From Nitrospiraceae bacterium (lineage in GTDB: Bacteria; Nitrospirota; Nitrospiria; Nitrospirales; UBA2166): 64,000 bases of DNA. Positions 20,764 to 31,520 of this stretch are shown here, one piece after another. The stretch is from NCBI GenBank assembly GCA_002726235.1, contig PBSN01000008.1, positions 282,749 to 346,748 on the forward strand. The letters run 5' to 3'. The notes beneath the pieces are model-generated. The model searched no databases and was not told the origin of the DNA. It saw nothing but the letters and a program-made list of their open reading frames with translations. Every line of letters starts with the position of its first letter. The stretch's first letter is position 1. The position numbers and the translations under genes are program-made.

Positions 20764-21139
20764 TAAGGTCATTCTCATGGGGAATTTGACCAAAGATCCT
20801 GAGCTTCGCTATACCCCTAGCGGTACATCGGTCGTGGAGTTTTCCCTTGCGGTGAATCGGAAATTTGGCCAAGGTGAGGAACAGAAAGATGAAGTTTGCT
20901 TCATTGACATTGTCGTGTTTGGGAAGCAGGCAGAGAATTGCGGGCAGTATCTGACAAAAGGAAATGGTGTCATTGTCGACGGGCGGCTTAGCCAACGGCG
21001 CTGGGAAACTGCTGAGGGTCAAAAACGCAGTAAGCACGAGGTGGTTGCTCTTAATGTGACTTTTATGCCAAAGCGGCAGGAAACACCCTCTGAGAGAGGT
21101 GTCAGAGACGTAGTGGAATTGTCTGGTGAGGAAAGTTAG
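20750..21139 (+). CDS. ssb: Single-stranded DNA-binding protein
   Basis: NKVILMGNLTKDPELRYTPSG. Confidence 0.97.
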   Translation: MPSFNKVILMGNLTKDPELRYTPSGTSVVEFSLAVNRKFGQGEEQKDEVCFIDIVVFGKQAENCGQYLTKGNGVIVDGRLSQRRWETAEGQKRSKHEVVALNVTFMPKRQETPSERGVRDVVELSGEES

Positions 21140-21189
21140 TCGTGCAGAGGATTAGATTTCATCTAAGATCCTAAGAAGGAGAAGGAAGC

Positions 21190-21417
21190 TTGGAGCGCTC
21201 GAGATTTAGTCGAAGTAGAATTTGCAGATTTTGTCATGAGAAAAAGGTAGTGCACTACAAGGACGCAGTGGCATTGCGGGTGTTTTTGACGGAACGAGGC
21301 CGAATTATTCCGCGCCGAGTTTCTGGGAACTGCATGCGACATCAGCGGGAATTAACCGTTGAAATTAAACGTGCGAGAACTATTGCACTTCTAGCGTTTG
21401 CAGAAGAACAACGCTGA
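21190..21417 (+). CDS. rpsR: 30S ribosomal protein S18
   Basis: CRFC, TERGRIIPRRVSG, HQR, IKRAR. Confidence 0.96.
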   Translation: MERSRFSRSRICRFCHEKKVVHYKDAVALRVFLTERGRIIPRRVSGNCMRHQRELTVEIKRARTIALLAFAEEQR

Positions 21418-21435
21418 TGTTCGCGAGCATTTGTC

Positions 21436-21987
21436 GTGAGATATCTTATATCAGATATCCCGCAGGGTTCTGCAAAAGGGTTCAACCAATCATTCTCGGA
21501 GTCTTCAGAAAGTCTTGGGTTCACCGAGGGCGAGATTTGTATTGAGGGTAAAGTTGAGGGCCATCTCAAACTCTGGAGAGAAAGAGCCATTGTTACAATA
21601 CAAGGAGAAATTTCGGTTAACGTCTCCCTGCAGTGTTGTCGCTGTCTTGCAGGTGTCATGATGTCATTGTATCCAGTCTTGACATTACGGTGTTTCCCGG
21701 AAGCATTGATTGACAATGATCTACACGAGACAGGGGAGGTAAGTCCTGAAGATGATATCTACACGTATGCTGGAATGTTTCTAGATATCCGACCAATTGT
21801 TCGTGAGCAACTGCTTCTTGCTGTGCCGCCGTATTCGTACTGTCGTTCGGACTGTTATGGGTTGTGTGTTGTCTGCGGCCAGGACTTGAATCGTGTCAAA
21901 TGTGGATGTTCGGCTACTCGGTCTGATTCTCGCTTTGTTGCTCGACAACACTTGAAACCGACATTTAGGATAACAAAACATGGCTAA
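21436..21987 (+). CDS. DUF177/YceD family protein
   Basis: CxRCL and CxxxCxGLCxxCG motifs; directly upstream of rpmF. Confidence 0.9.
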   Translation: MRYLISDIPQGSAKGFNQSFSESSESLGFTEGEICIEGKVEGHLKLWRERAIVTIQGEISVNVSLQCCRCLAGVMMSLYPVLTLRCFPEALIDNDLHETGEVSPEDDIYTYAGMFLDIRPIVREQLLLAVPPYSYCRSDCYGLCVVCGQDLNRVKCGCSATRSDSRFVARQHLKPTFRITKHG

Positions 21988-22162
21988 TCCAAAGCATCGG
22001 CACACCAAAATGAGACGTGATAAGCGTCGTGCACACGACGGATTGCGTCTTCCATCCTTCTCCAACTGCCCGCAATGTCATGAGCCGAAATTGCCCCATT
22101 ATGTTTGTCTTGCCTGTGGAACGTATAAGGGGAATGAGGTTATTGCGACCAAGGACTCCTAG
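21980..22162 (+). CDS. rpmF: 50S ribosomal protein L32
   Basis: [28 protein letters not shown]. Confidence 0.96.
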   Translation: MANPKHRHTKMRRDKRRAHDGLRLPSFSNCPQCHEPKLPHYVCLACGTYKGNEVIATKDS

Positions 22163-22192
22163 CGTCTTCGCAATTTTCCCACGTCTCGCCAC

Positions 22193-23227
22193 GTGAAAAT
22201 TGCGGTTGATGCTATGGGGGGTGACCGGGCACCAGCCCAGGTAGTGGGAGGGGTCTGTCTTGCAGCACGTGATCTCGACGTGGAGATTATTCTTGTTGGA
22301 GATGAACCTGAGATTCGTCGCCATTTGCGTGAGACCATGGCTGATGTACCATCCAGTATTTCTATTCGGCATGCCTCGCAGCAAGTTGAAATGCACGACC
22401 CTCCTTCTTCAGTTGTCCGCAGGAAACGCGATTCGTCAATTTGGATAGCGACAGAACTTGTGCGCAACAAAGAGGCTGCGGCTGTGATTAGCGCGGGTAA
22501 TACAGGCGCTACTATGGTGTCAGCCTTCTTTCTGCTAGGCGTTCTAAAGGGAATTGACCGGCCAGCGATTGCAGTGACCCTTCCAACTTTAAGAGGACAG
22601 GCAATTATGCTTGATGTTGGCGCAACTGTTGACTCTCTTCCGCATCAGCTCTATCAATTTGCAATTATGGGGAACGAATACGCAAAACAGGTGCTTGGGG
22701 ATGCCAAGCCAAAGATTGGCTTGCTGAGCATCGGGGAAGAAGATGAAAAGGGTAATGAAACTACCAGGGAAGCCTTTAGTTTGCTTAAAAATAGTTCGTT
22801 GAATTTTATTGGTAACGTGGAAGGGCGGGACGTCTATACTGGAATGGCTGACGTAATTGTGTGTGATGGGTTTATTGGAAACGTTGGATTAAAGATCAGT
22901 GAGGGCGTCGTTGAGATTATGACGAAGATGTTGATAAATGACATTAGTCATTCGCGCATCGGAAAGCTAGGATATGCGCTATTACGTCCCTCACTACATC
23001 GATTCAAGAAGCGAATTGACTATGCAGAGTTTGGGGGTGCGCCACTTCTTGGTGTGAATGGAACATGTGTCATTTGTCATGGACGATCATCAGCAAAAGC
23101 AGTTTATAGTGCGGTGCGGCTCGCACGTCAGCTCATCGATCAAAAGATTAACGAAAGCATACAAGATGATGTAGTACACGAAGCGGCGTTCGTGAGTGCT
23201 AATGATTCTACGCGAGCCTCGGGATGA
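22193..23227 (+). CDS. plsX: Phosphate acyltransferase PlsX
   Basis: IAVDAMGGD, SAGNTGA, DRPAIA, CDGFIGNV, HGRS. Confidence 0.97.
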   Translation: MKIAVDAMGGDRAPAQVVGGVCLAARDLDVEIILVGDEPEIRRHLRETMADVPSSISIRHASQQVEMHDPPSSVVRRKRDSSIWIATELVRNKEAAAVISAGNTGATMVSAFFLLGVLKGIDRPAIAVTLPTLRGQAIMLDVGATVDSLPHQLYQFAIMGNEYAKQVLGDAKPKIGLLSIGEEDEKGNETTREAFSLLKNSSLNFIGNVEGRDVYTGMADVIVCDGFIGNVGLKISEGVVEIMTKMLINDISHSRIGKLGYALLRPSLHRFKKRIDYAEFGGAPLLGVNGTCVICHGRSSAKAVYSAVRLARQLIDQKINESIQDDVVHEAAFVSANDSTRASG

Positions 23228-24201
23228 GGGCGAGAGTCGTTGGAACCGGATCATATGTCCCACGCTCAGTCATCACAAATTCCGATCTCGAACAAACTGT
23301 TAATACATCTGATCAATGGATTACCGAGCGTACCGGGATTCGCAGTCGCTATATTGCCTCTCCGGGTGAAGGAAGCTCGGCCTTAGGTGCTAAGGCGGCT
23401 ACAATTGCGCTAGCAACTGCGCGTCTTGACCCTGCGGATCTCGATCTCATCATTGTTGCGACCTGTACGCCAGATATGCCTTTTCCATCAACGGCATGCC
23501 TTATTCAATCAATTCTAGGTGCCAAGGCGGCTGTTGCCTTTGATGTCTCTGCGGCATGTTCAGGGTTTTTGTTTGCACTCTCTATTGCGGATCACTATAT
23601 TCGACTTGAGACTTACCGGAATGTACTGGTTGTCGGTACCGAGGTTATGTCTTCGGTCACCGATTGGACTGATCGGGCGACATGTATCATTTTTGGTGAC
23701 GGTGCTGGCGCCGCTGTCTTACAAGGCATCAAAGGCGAAAATGGGATTCTTTCAAACCATCTCCACTCTAATGGTCAGAGGTGGGATTTAATTTACGTCC
23801 CTGGAGGGGGATCGCAGCAACCACTATCGGAAACTGTCCTGAATGAGAGACTAAATTTTATAAAGATGCGCGGGAGTACAACGTTCAAACTTGCTGTAAA
23901 GATGATGGAAGAGGCCGCGCGGGAGGCCTTAGCTGCAAATAATCTTACAATAGATGACATTGATCTTTTTATTCCGCATCAAGCGAATGCACGGATTATT
24001 AAAGCGACTGCGGAGCGGCTACATGTTCCAATGGAGCGAGTCGTGATGAACATTGGACAATATGGGAATACCTCTGCGGCATCAGTACCATTGGCACTTG
24101 ATGAAATGGTGAGGGAAAACCGGATTAAAAGCGGCACTCACGTGCTCTTGATTGCGTTTGGTAGCGGTCTCACGTGGGCATCAACACTAATTCGATGGTG
24201 A
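23224..24201 (+). CDS. fabH: 3-oxoacyl-ACP synthase III
   Basis: AACSGF, FGDGAGA, PHQAN, GNTSAAS. Confidence 0.97.
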   Translation: MRARVVGTGSYVPRSVITNSDLEQTVNTSDQWITERTGIRSRYIASPGEGSSALGAKAATIALATARLDPADLDLIIVATCTPDMPFPSTACLIQSILGAKAAVAFDVSAACSGFLFALSIADHYIRLETYRNVLVVGTEVMSSVTDWTDRATCIIFGDGAGAAVLQGIKGENGILSNHLHSNGQRWDLIYVPGGGSQQPLSETVLNERLNFIKMRGSTTFKLAVKMMEEAAREALAANNLTIDDIDLFIPHQANARIIKATAERLHVPMERVVMNIGQYGNTSAASVPLALDEMVRENRIKSGTHVLLIAFGSGLTWASTLIRW

Positions 24202-24213
24202 TAAGGTAGCGCT

Positions 24214-25026
24214 ATGGAAAGAAACAGTGATCTTGTAGGTGAGTGGGCACTTATTTTGGGTGCCTCAAGTGGATTTGGTGCCGCTTGTGCAGTTGAACTT
24301 GCAGCACAAGGAATGAATATTTTTGGTGTTCATCTCGATCGAAAATCAACACTTCCACAAGTAGGAGATCTTGTACGAAACATCCGCGGTATGGGGCGAG
24401 AAGCTGTCTTTATAAACGCCAATGCTGCTGATGCGAATAAACGGAGCGAAATTATTGATTCAATTACGCAAACACTTTCTAGCGAAGCTGAAAATAGGCG
24501 AATACGTATTTTGCTTCACTCCCTCGCATTCGGAACCTTGAAGCTCTTTATTGCTGAAGAAGAGGCTAGTGCTGTAACGAAGGCTCAAATCGATATGACA
24601 ATTGATGTCATGGCCAATAGCTTAGTCTATTGGGTACAGGATCTGATGGTCCGTAAGCTTATGGGAGAGGGAGGACGTATTTTTGCTCTCACAAGTGCTG
24701 GAGGCTCAAAGGTATGGCCAAATTATGGAGCAGTTTCTGCCGCAAAAGCCGCACTCGAATCCCATATTCGACAGCTTGCCCTTGAACTTGCTCCCGCAGG
24801 AGTGACGGCAAATGCAATCATGGCAGGTGTGACTAACACCCCAGCACTTCAAAAAATTCCTGGATCTACCGAGATGCTTGAACGTGCATTACAAAAAAAC
24901 CCATCACGACGTTTGACAACACCAGAGGATGTTGCTAGGGCATTGGGCGTACTAAGTCATCGCAAAACACAGTGGATGACTGGGAACGTTATCGCTATAG
25001 ATGGGGGGGAATTCATCGTTGGGTAA
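24214..25026 (+). CDS. SDR oxidoreductase, probable FabL/FabI-like enoyl-ACP reductase
   Basis: GASSGFG; Y-x6-K (YGAVSAAKAALE); position within the fab cluster. Confidence 0.75.
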   Translation: MERNSDLVGEWALILGASSGFGAACAVELAAQGMNIFGVHLDRKSTLPQVGDLVRNIRGMGREAVFINANAADANKRSEIIDSITQTLSSEAENRRIRILLHSLAFGTLKLFIAEEEASAVTKAQIDMTIDVMANSLVYWVQDLMVRKLMGEGGRIFALTSAGGSKVWPNYGAVSAAKAALESHIRQLALELAPAGVTANAIMAGVTNTPALQKIPGSTEMLERALQKNPSRRLTTPEDVARALGVLSHRKTQWMTGNVIAIDGGEFIVG

Positions 25027-25027
25027 G

Positions 25028-25981
25028 GTGCCTGAGAAATCGGGTTCTCGCGTTGCATTTGTTTTTCCCGGGCAGGGTTCGCAGTGCCTTGGAATGGGAA
25101 AACTATTCTATGAGACGGATTGTCAGGCTAGGAAATTGTTCGATACGGCAAGCGCTGTCCTTGGTTTTGATCTTCCAGCTCTGTGTTTTGATGGTCCGGA
25201 CGATCGTTTAAATCTCACCGAATATACACAACCGGCAATACTGACGGTAAGTGTGGCAGCGCTACACGCGCTTATTCGCGCTGGCATTTCACCATTGGCT
25301 GTTGCAGGTCACAGCCTTGGAGAGTGGACTGCTGTCGTCGCTGCCGATGGGGTGGAATTTCCTGATGCTGTCCAAGTCGTGAGGAAACGAGGCCGTTATA
25401 TGCAAGAAGCAGTCGGTACTGGACACGGAATAGTTGCTGCTGTTCTTGGTGTTCCACGAGACGTAATTGTGGAGTCCTGTCAAACCGCCTCTCGTTTAGG
25501 AGTTGTCTGCCCCGCGAACTTCAATAGTCCTCGTCAGGTAGTCATTGCGGGAGAAACAGTGGCGGTGGAAGAAGCATTGCGATTAATCCATGCACAACAT
25601 AAGGGCCGTTCAGTGCGCTTGCCCATTAGTGTTCCAGTGCACACTCCGCTAATGCTAAAAGCTGCGGAACGTCTTGCCTCAGATCTCGACTTAATTACTA
25701 TCCGTGATTTGGAAATACCATTAGTCAATAACGTCCATGCAAAACCTATTAGGCTTCGCCATGATGTTCGCACTTCACTTCTTGCGCAACTGCCTTCTCC
25801 TGTCCTGTGGGAGGATTCAATTAAAACGCTTGTATCCATGGGCATTAACATTATTATTGAAATTGGCCCTGGGATGGTGTTGTCCCGATTGATTAAAAGT
25901 ATTACGGATCAAGCTAGAGTATTTAGTGTGCAGGATCCAGAAAGTCTTCATTGTGCAGTTGAGGTACTAGCTCAAGGGTAG
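25028..25981 (+). CDS. fabD: Malonyl-CoA-ACP transacylase
   Basis: FPGQGSQ, TQPA, GHSLGE. Confidence 0.96.
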   Translation: MPEKSGSRVAFVFPGQGSQCLGMGKLFYETDCQARKLFDTASAVLGFDLPALCFDGPDDRLNLTEYTQPAILTVSVAALHALIRAGISPLAVAGHSLGEWTAVVAADGVEFPDAVQVVRKRGRYMQEAVGTGHGIVAAVLGVPRDVIVESCQTASRLGVVCPANFNSPRQVVIAGETVAVEEALRLIHAQHKGRSVRLPISVPVHTPLMLKAAERLASDLDLITIRDLEIPLVNNVHAKPIRLRHDVRTSLLAQLPSPVLWEDSIKTLVSMGINIIIEIGPGMVLSRLIKSITDQARVFSVQDPESLHCAVEVLAQG

Positions 25982-25993
25982 TCTGCGTGTAGC

Positions 25994-26734
25994 ATGCTTG
26001 ATGGTCAAGTTGCATTAGTCACTGGTGGAGCGCAAGGAATTGGGAAGGCCATTGCGACTTCGTTAGCCCATAATGGAGTCAACGTCATCATTGGCGATTT
26101 AAATGCTCAAGCAGCTGAGTCCTCTGCGACTGAGATCGCTAAGGCTGGGATCCAATCTGCGGGGATTGCTCTCAATGTAGCAGATCTTGGGTCTGTCAAG
26201 TCGGCGATGGAGCATATACTTGGAACGTGGGGGAAGATCGACATTCTTGTCAATAATGCCGGCATTACCAAAGATGCTATTCTCTTGCGGTTGCACGAAG
26301 ATGCTTGGGACAAAGTTCTGAGTGTTAATCTTACCGGTGCCTTTTACTGTACAAAGGGGGTGTTGCCGGGTATGGTAAAGAATCGAAATGGGCGTATCGT
26401 AAACATTGCCTCGATCGTTGGAGCCATGGGGAACTTTGGTCAGGCAAACTATGCTGCCTCCAAAGGAGGGCTTATTGCATTTACAAAAGCCGTTGCTCGT
26501 GAGTACGCGCGCCGAGGGATTACATCGAATGCGGTTGCACCTGGGTTCATTGATACGGCGATGACTCAGGCGATGCCACCAGAGGATAGAGAATCTCTTG
26601 TCAAACAAATACCCTGCGAGCGATTGGGGACTCCGGAAGATGTTGCACATGCAGTGACATTTTTAGTTTCTAAAGAGGCGAGTTACATCACCGGTCAGGT
26701 TCTTCACGTGAACGGTGGCATGTTGATGACGTGA
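25994..26734 (+). CDS. fabG: 3-oxoacyl-ACP reductase
   Basis: TGGAQGIG, NNAGITKD, GQANYAASK, PGFIDT. Confidence 0.97.
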   Translation: MLDGQVALVTGGAQGIGKAIATSLAHNGVNVIIGDLNAQAAESSATEIAKAGIQSAGIALNVADLGSVKSAMEHILGTWGKIDILVNNAGITKDAILLRLHEDAWDKVLSVNLTGAFYCTKGVLPGMVKNRNGRIVNIASIVGAMGNFGQANYAASKGGLIAFTKAVAREYARRGITSNAVAPGFIDTAMTQAMPPEDRESLVKQIPCERLGTPEDVAHAVTFLVSKEASYITGQVLHVNGGMLMT

Positions 26735-26782
26735 ACATTACAAACACAATTGAACTCTATCGAGAGAAAGGAGGTGGCTCCC

Positions 26783-27031
26783 ATGGCGGCTGATATGACT
26801 GCTGACACGAGTAGCCGCGTGCGGAAGATTATTGTCGAGCAACTGGGGGTTGACGAGAAGGATGTCACTTCCGACGCTTCATTTGTCGATAATCTAGGTG
26901 CTGATTCGCTTGATACGGTTGAGCTCGTAATGGCGTTTGAGGAAGCCTTTGACGTTCAAATTCCAGATGAGGACGCAGGCAAGATACTTACGGTTCAGGA
27001 CGCAGTGGACTATATTCAGCAACGCTTGTAA
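26783..27031 (+). CDS. acpP: Acyl carrier protein
   Basis: [23 protein letters not shown] before ATG 26783. Confidence 0.97.
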   Translation: MAADMTADTSSRVRKIIVEQLGVDEKDVTSDASFVDNLGADSLDTVELVMAFEEAFDVQIPDEDAGKILTVQDAVDYIQQRL

Positions 27032-27327
27032 TTTTTAGCAAGGTGCTGAAAGAGTTCGCTAGTGGTGTTCTCGTTTCATTGCCTTCTACATGTTCTCTGC
27101 ATGCTCGTGCTGTCAACGGATCTGATGTTTGATGGCGGCCATTTTCGCATTCTGCAGTGTACTGGGTGGTAGTACGAGGCACCGTGATACACGTGGAATG
27201 TGAAACGGGTTGATTTTTTTCAACAGCTGGCAAAACTGTACAGGGTATTTTCCCACCTATGAATTCTATGGTCTCGTCACGCAATTATTATAGCGTTGTC
27301 ATTGCGGCAAATTGTTGAGGCGATGCC

Positions 27328-28605
27328 GTGAATCTTCCTAAAGAAGACTGGTACGGGGAGAATCAGCCAAGACGAAGAGTTGTTGTTACCGGAATTGGGC
27401 TTGTCACTCCTCTTGGTATTGGACTCGAGGCAACCTGGGCGGCTGTTTGTGAGGGACGCTCAGCTGTTCGAAGGATTACTAGGTTTGATCCGACAGACTA
27501 TCCATCTCAGATCGCCGCGGAAATCATAGATTTTGTTCCAACAGACTATGTGGACAAAAAAGATGTTAAGAAAATGGATTCATTTATCCAATATGCAGTT
27601 GCGGCGAGCCGCATGGCTGTGAATGATGCTCAGTTTTCTATCACGGCACATAATGCGGATCAAATTGGCGTGGTCATTGGATCAGGCATCGGTGGGATTC
27701 ATGGGATTGAACAGACACATACGATACTTCAAGAAAAGGGACCTTCTCGCGTTACACCTTTTTTTATTCCGATGGTTATTGGCAATATGGCCGCTGGTTT
27801 TGTCTCGATTTTTCTTGGCGCACGTGGCCCTAACTCAGGAACTGTTACTGCCTGTGCAACAGGAACACATTGTATCGGTGATGCCTATCGCATCATTCAG
27901 CGTGGCGAAGCCAACGCAATAATCGCTGGAGGAACAGAGGCAGCGGTTACGCCTCTTACGCTTGCTGGTTTTGCGGCGTCGCGTGCGCTCTCAAAGCGGA
28001 ATGATGCTCCTGAATCCGCAAGTCGTCCCTTCGATCAAGATCGAGACGGTTTTGTTGTTGGCGAGGGCGCAGGCATTTTGTTTCTCGAAGAACTTGAACA
28101 TGCCGTTAAGCGCGATGCAAAGATTTATGCGGAACTTGTTGGCTATGGTATGACAGCTGATGCATACCATATCACTGCGCCGCCGAATGATGCCAATGGT
28201 GCAGTCCGGTGTATGCAACAGACACTTCACGATTCTGCTTTATCCCCCTCAGATGTTGGATATATTAACGCCCATGCGACCTCGACGATGGCTGATAGGC
28301 TTGAGGCGCTTGCCATTACTCGTGTATTCGGAGAGGGAACTCCAGGTATTCCTGTGAGTGCGACGAAATCAATGACTGGACATCTTCTCGGGGCTTCAGG
28401 GGGAGTTGAAGCAGCCTTTACTGTTTTGGCAATACAGAGAGGAGTTCTGCCTCCAACAATTAACCTTGATAGCCCAGATTGCGAGTATCCGCTTGATCAT
28501 ATTGCCAATACTGCTCGGCGGGTGCGCATTGATGTCGCTCTCTCGAACTCATTCGGATTTGGAGGAACAAATGCATCTCTCCTCTTCCGCCGATATGCAT
28601 TCTAA
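27328..28605 (+). CDS. fabF: 3-oxoacyl-ACP synthase II
   Basis: RRVVVTG, TACATG, NAHATST, KSMTGH, NSFGFGGTN. Confidence 0.98.
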   Translation: MNLPKEDWYGENQPRRRVVVTGIGLVTPLGIGLEATWAAVCEGRSAVRRITRFDPTDYPSQIAAEIIDFVPTDYVDKKDVKKMDSFIQYAVAASRMAVNDAQFSITAHNADQIGVVIGSGIGGIHGIEQTHTILQEKGPSRVTPFFIPMVIGNMAAGFVSIFLGARGPNSGTVTACATGTHCIGDAYRIIQRGEANAIIAGGTEAAVTPLTLAGFAASRALSKRNDAPESASRPFDQDRDGFVVGEGAGILFLEELEHAVKRDAKIYAELVGYGMTADAYHITAPPNDANGAVRCMQQTLHDSALSPSDVGYINAHATSTMADRLEALAITRVFGEGTPGIPVSATKSMTGHLLGASGGVEAAFTVLAIQRGVLPPTINLDSPDCEYPLDHIANTARRVRIDVALSNSFGFGGTNASLLFRRYAF

Positions 28606-29323
28606 ACACCTTCCGATGTCAAGAACTTCTGATGCGCTATATGAGTTGCAAACGACACTCGGCCATTCGTTTGTTCGCATTGAACTTCTTATTGAAGCGC
28701 TCACGCATTCATCTGCATTGAATGAATGGCGGGGGAATCATTCACATAACGAACGACTTGAATTTTTGGGGGATTCCGTTTTAGATCTGCTGATTAGTGA
28801 GTATCTTATGAGCGAGTTTCAAGAGGTCGATGAGGGTATTCTCTCAAAGATGAAAGCACGATTGGTGGGTAAGGACACTCTTGCTGCACTATCGAGGAGT
28901 CTTTCTCTAGGCTCTTATCTTTTTCTGGGGCGAGGGGAGGAGTTGAATGATGGACGTCAGAATCCCTCCATCCTGGCTGATACGCTTGAAGCAGTTATTG
29001 CTGCGGTCTACCTTGACGGAGGCCTCTCATCGGCACGTCGATTGGTGTTGAACGTCTATCGGGAAAAGTTTAATCTCCTCAATTCAAATGGTCAGAAAAC
29101 GGATGATAAAAGCCAGCTCCAAGAACTTTGCCAGCGGCGATTTGGCTTTCTTCCTGTGTATCATCTCAGCCATACGTCTGGTCCTGATCACCATCGAACA
29201 TTTGAGGTGGAGGTTCATCTTGGAAATGATCAATATGGGGCTGGGGCTGGAAGAACGAAGAAGAAAGCTGAGCAGGAGGCAGCAAAGCAGGCTTTAGTCC
29301 GACTACAGGAAATACAAGCATAA
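28595..29323 (+). CDS. rnc: Ribonuclease III
   Basis: [12 protein letters not shown], ds[22 protein letters not shown]; start 28595 or 28616. Confidence 0.96.
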   Translation: MHSKHLPMSRTSDALYELQTTLGHSFVRIELLIEALTHSSALNEWRGNHSHNERLEFLGDSVLDLLISEYLMSEFQEVDEGILSKMKARLVGKDTLAALSRSLSLGSYLFLGRGEELNDGRQNPSILADTLEAVIAAVYLDGGLSSARRLVLNVYREKFNLLNSNGQKTDDKSQLQELCQRRFGFLPVYHLSHTSGPDHHRTFEVEVHLGNDQYGAGAGRTKKKAEQEAAKQALVRLQEIQA

Positions 29324-29345
29324 CCAGCAAAAGGAGGCTCGTGCA

Positions 29346-29906
29346 ATGATGTTTCGACTGCTTGGGGTAGTTGTGGGTGGACTGATGTTATCAGGTGTAG
29401 CCGTGTCACAGGTCGAAGCTGGTGAGAAGTCTCCACGAGTCATTATCGATACGAAATTTGGATCTATTGAAATCACTTTTTTCCCCAAAAAAGCTCCAAA
29501 TCATGTCGAAAATTTTTTGAAATTGGCTAGATCTGGATTTTATAATGGGACCATTTTTCATCGAATTATTCCAGGGTTTATGATCCAAGGGGGAGATCCC
29601 AACACCAAAGATGACGATGTCTCTACGTACGGAACAGGCGGGCCTGGATATACCATCAAGGCAGAGTTTAATAATCGTTCCCATGGCAGAGGCATTCTAT
29701 CAATGGCACGCTCACAGGACCCTGACAGTGCTGGATCTCAATTCTACATTGTTGTTGCTGCATCCAATTTCCTTGATGGACAATATACCGTGTTTGGAAA
29801 AGTGGTTAAGGGGATGGATGTTGTTGACGCGATTGTTTCACAAGACCGTGATTCTCGCGACTTACCAACCCAACGTATCGAAATGATGGTTAGGGTTGAG
29901 GAGTGA
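29346..29906 (+). CDS. Cyclophilin-type peptidyl-prolyl isomerase, exported
   Basis: Signal peptide, [28 protein letters not shown]. Confidence 0.95.
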   Translation: MMFRLLGVVVGGLMLSGVAVSQVEAGEKSPRVIIDTKFGSIEITFFPKKAPNHVENFLKLARSGFYNGTIFHRIIPGFMIQGGDPNTKDDDVSTYGTGGPGYTIKAEFNNRSHGRGILSMARSQDPDSAGSQFYIVVAASNFLDGQYTVFGKVVKGMDVVDAIVSQDRDSRDLPTQRIEMMVRVEE

Positions 29907-29925
29907 GAAGTTGCTGGTTTGCTTT

Positions 29926-31101
29926 CTAGGGATTAACCAGTTGCTTAAGTTTGTCCAAAGGAATAGCTTCGGCACGGTGCCCGTCGCGACCAATCGTGGT
30001 TGTCGCCATAGCAAGAGCGTTCAGAATTGCTTCTTCGGTTGCTTCAACCACTGCACTGAAAATTGGATTGAGATAAATGTCGGAGATGATCGTCATTGAG
30101 TAGGTTCGCTCAACTGGATAATGGGGGATAGTGTTCCCAGTAGAGAACGCAAGAATAAAATCTCCGCTACCGTGGCGGCCAATCGTTCCGGTTCGCGCTA
30201 GCCCGAATGTTGCTCGTTTTGCAACGCGTTTGAGTTGACGACTTGTTAATGGAGCGTTGGTGGCGATGATAATAATAATTGATCCTTCAGTTGTCTGTGG
30301 AGAAGATTCGGGTTTCGAAAAGTGGTGTGCCATAGGACGACCGAGAATGGTGAGTTGATCTCGTCGTCCATGGTTTGCGTTGACAAGCACTCCAACGACA
30401 TAACCTCCGTCCGATGATGGCAGGATACGTGACGAAGTCCCAATTCCACCCTTAAATCCATAACTCCTCATTCCAGTGCCTGCACCAACAGATCCCTGTT
30501 TAATATTTCCAGAACTCGCGCTTTCTAACGCAAGCATGACATCATGTTCTGTGACATGGCGTCCTTGGGCATCGTTGAGATAACTGTCATCGCATTCTGC
30601 GACAAGGGGAGTTAATGTGTCATCGGTAATACCAATCGCGGGGTATTTTTTAAGCATCCAACTGATGATGCCATTGCCGACAAGTGGGGCGTTTAATGTA
30701 TTTGTGAGAGCGATAGGATATTCAAGAAATCCGGCCTCCTCAACCCAAGCAAGACCCGTCATTTCGCCCGTGCCATTGAGCACAAAAGATCCTGCAGGCA
30801 CTTTGTGATTCCATACATTGTCGCGAGGGATAATCACGGTTACTCCTGTCCGAACTGGACCTTGCCCTGGTACAAGCGGACCATGCCCTCTGTGTAGTGT
30901 TGTATGTCCTACACGAATGCCAGGAACATCGGTGATTGCGTTAAATGTGCCGGCTGGAATAGTGCCGATAGGAACGCCGAGTTCACGGAGCGATTGGCGA
31001 ATCTCAGGTGCAGTCTGGGATTGGGCAGTACCGAAGACGAATAGGATAGTGATAAACCAGAATCCCCCGCTGCACCACGCAATAAGGGGGATTGGGCACA
31101 T
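29926..31101 (-). CDS. DmpA-like P1/S58 aminopeptidase with signal peptide
   Basis: NAITDVPGIRVGH, RTGVT, ECDD, GAGTG, G/SII autocleavage site, HGSGD. Confidence 0.92.
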   Translation of the reverse strand: MCPIPLIAWCSGGFWFITILFVFGTAQSQTAPEIRQSLRELGVPIGTIPAGTFNAITDVPGIRVGHTTLHRGHGPLVPGQGPVRTGVTVIIPRDNVWNHKVPAGSFVLNGTGEMTGLAWVEEAGFLEYPIALTNTLNAPLVGNGIISWMLKKYPAIGITDDTLTPLVAECDDSYLNDAQGRHVTEHDVMLALESASSGNIKQGSVGAGTGMRSYGFKGGIGTSSRILPSSDGGYVVGVLVNANHGRRDQLTILGRPMAHHFSKPESSPQTTEGSIIIIIATNAPLTSRQLKRVAKRATFGLARTGTIGRHGSGDFILAFSTGNTIPHYPVERTYSMTIISDIYLNPIFSAVVEATEEAILNALAMATTTIGRDGHRAEAIPLDKLKQLVNP

Positions 31102-31105
31102 GGAA

Positions 31106-31474
31106 TCAACTAGGTGAGGGTGCAGGAGTTGACTTTACGGTATCAATCATATGTGCAAATGCTTCAATATCATTCATTGCCATATCAGCAAGTACCTTCC
31201 GGTTTAATGTAAGCTTTGCACGTTTTAAGTGTGCAATTAACTCGCTGTACGTCAATCCATGCGCTCGTGTTGCTGCATTGATTCGCGCAATCCATAAACG
31301 CCTAAAATTTCGTTTTTTGATCCGACGATCTCTGTAGGCAAATCGTAATGCGCGGTCGACCGCTTCGGTTGCCTGACGATACAGTCGGCTTCGACCTCCG
31401 AAGTAGCCTTTGGCTAACTTCAGGCGCTTTTTCCTGCGAAGATGTGTCTTAGGTCCTCCTTTTACCCTCGGCAT
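31106..31474 (-). CDS. rplT: 50S ribosomal protein L20
   Basis: [23 protein letters not shown]. Confidence 0.98.
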   Translation of the reverse strand: MPRVKGGPKTHLRRKKRLKLAKGYFGGRSRLYRQATEAVDRALRFAYRDRRIKKRNFRRLWIARINAATRAHGLTYSELIAHLKRAKLTLNRKVLADMAMNDIEAFAHMIDTVKSTPAPSPS

Positions 31475-31520
31475 GATGCACTCCTTATAGCATAGTGAAA
31501 TGAATGCGTGCGAACGTCAT

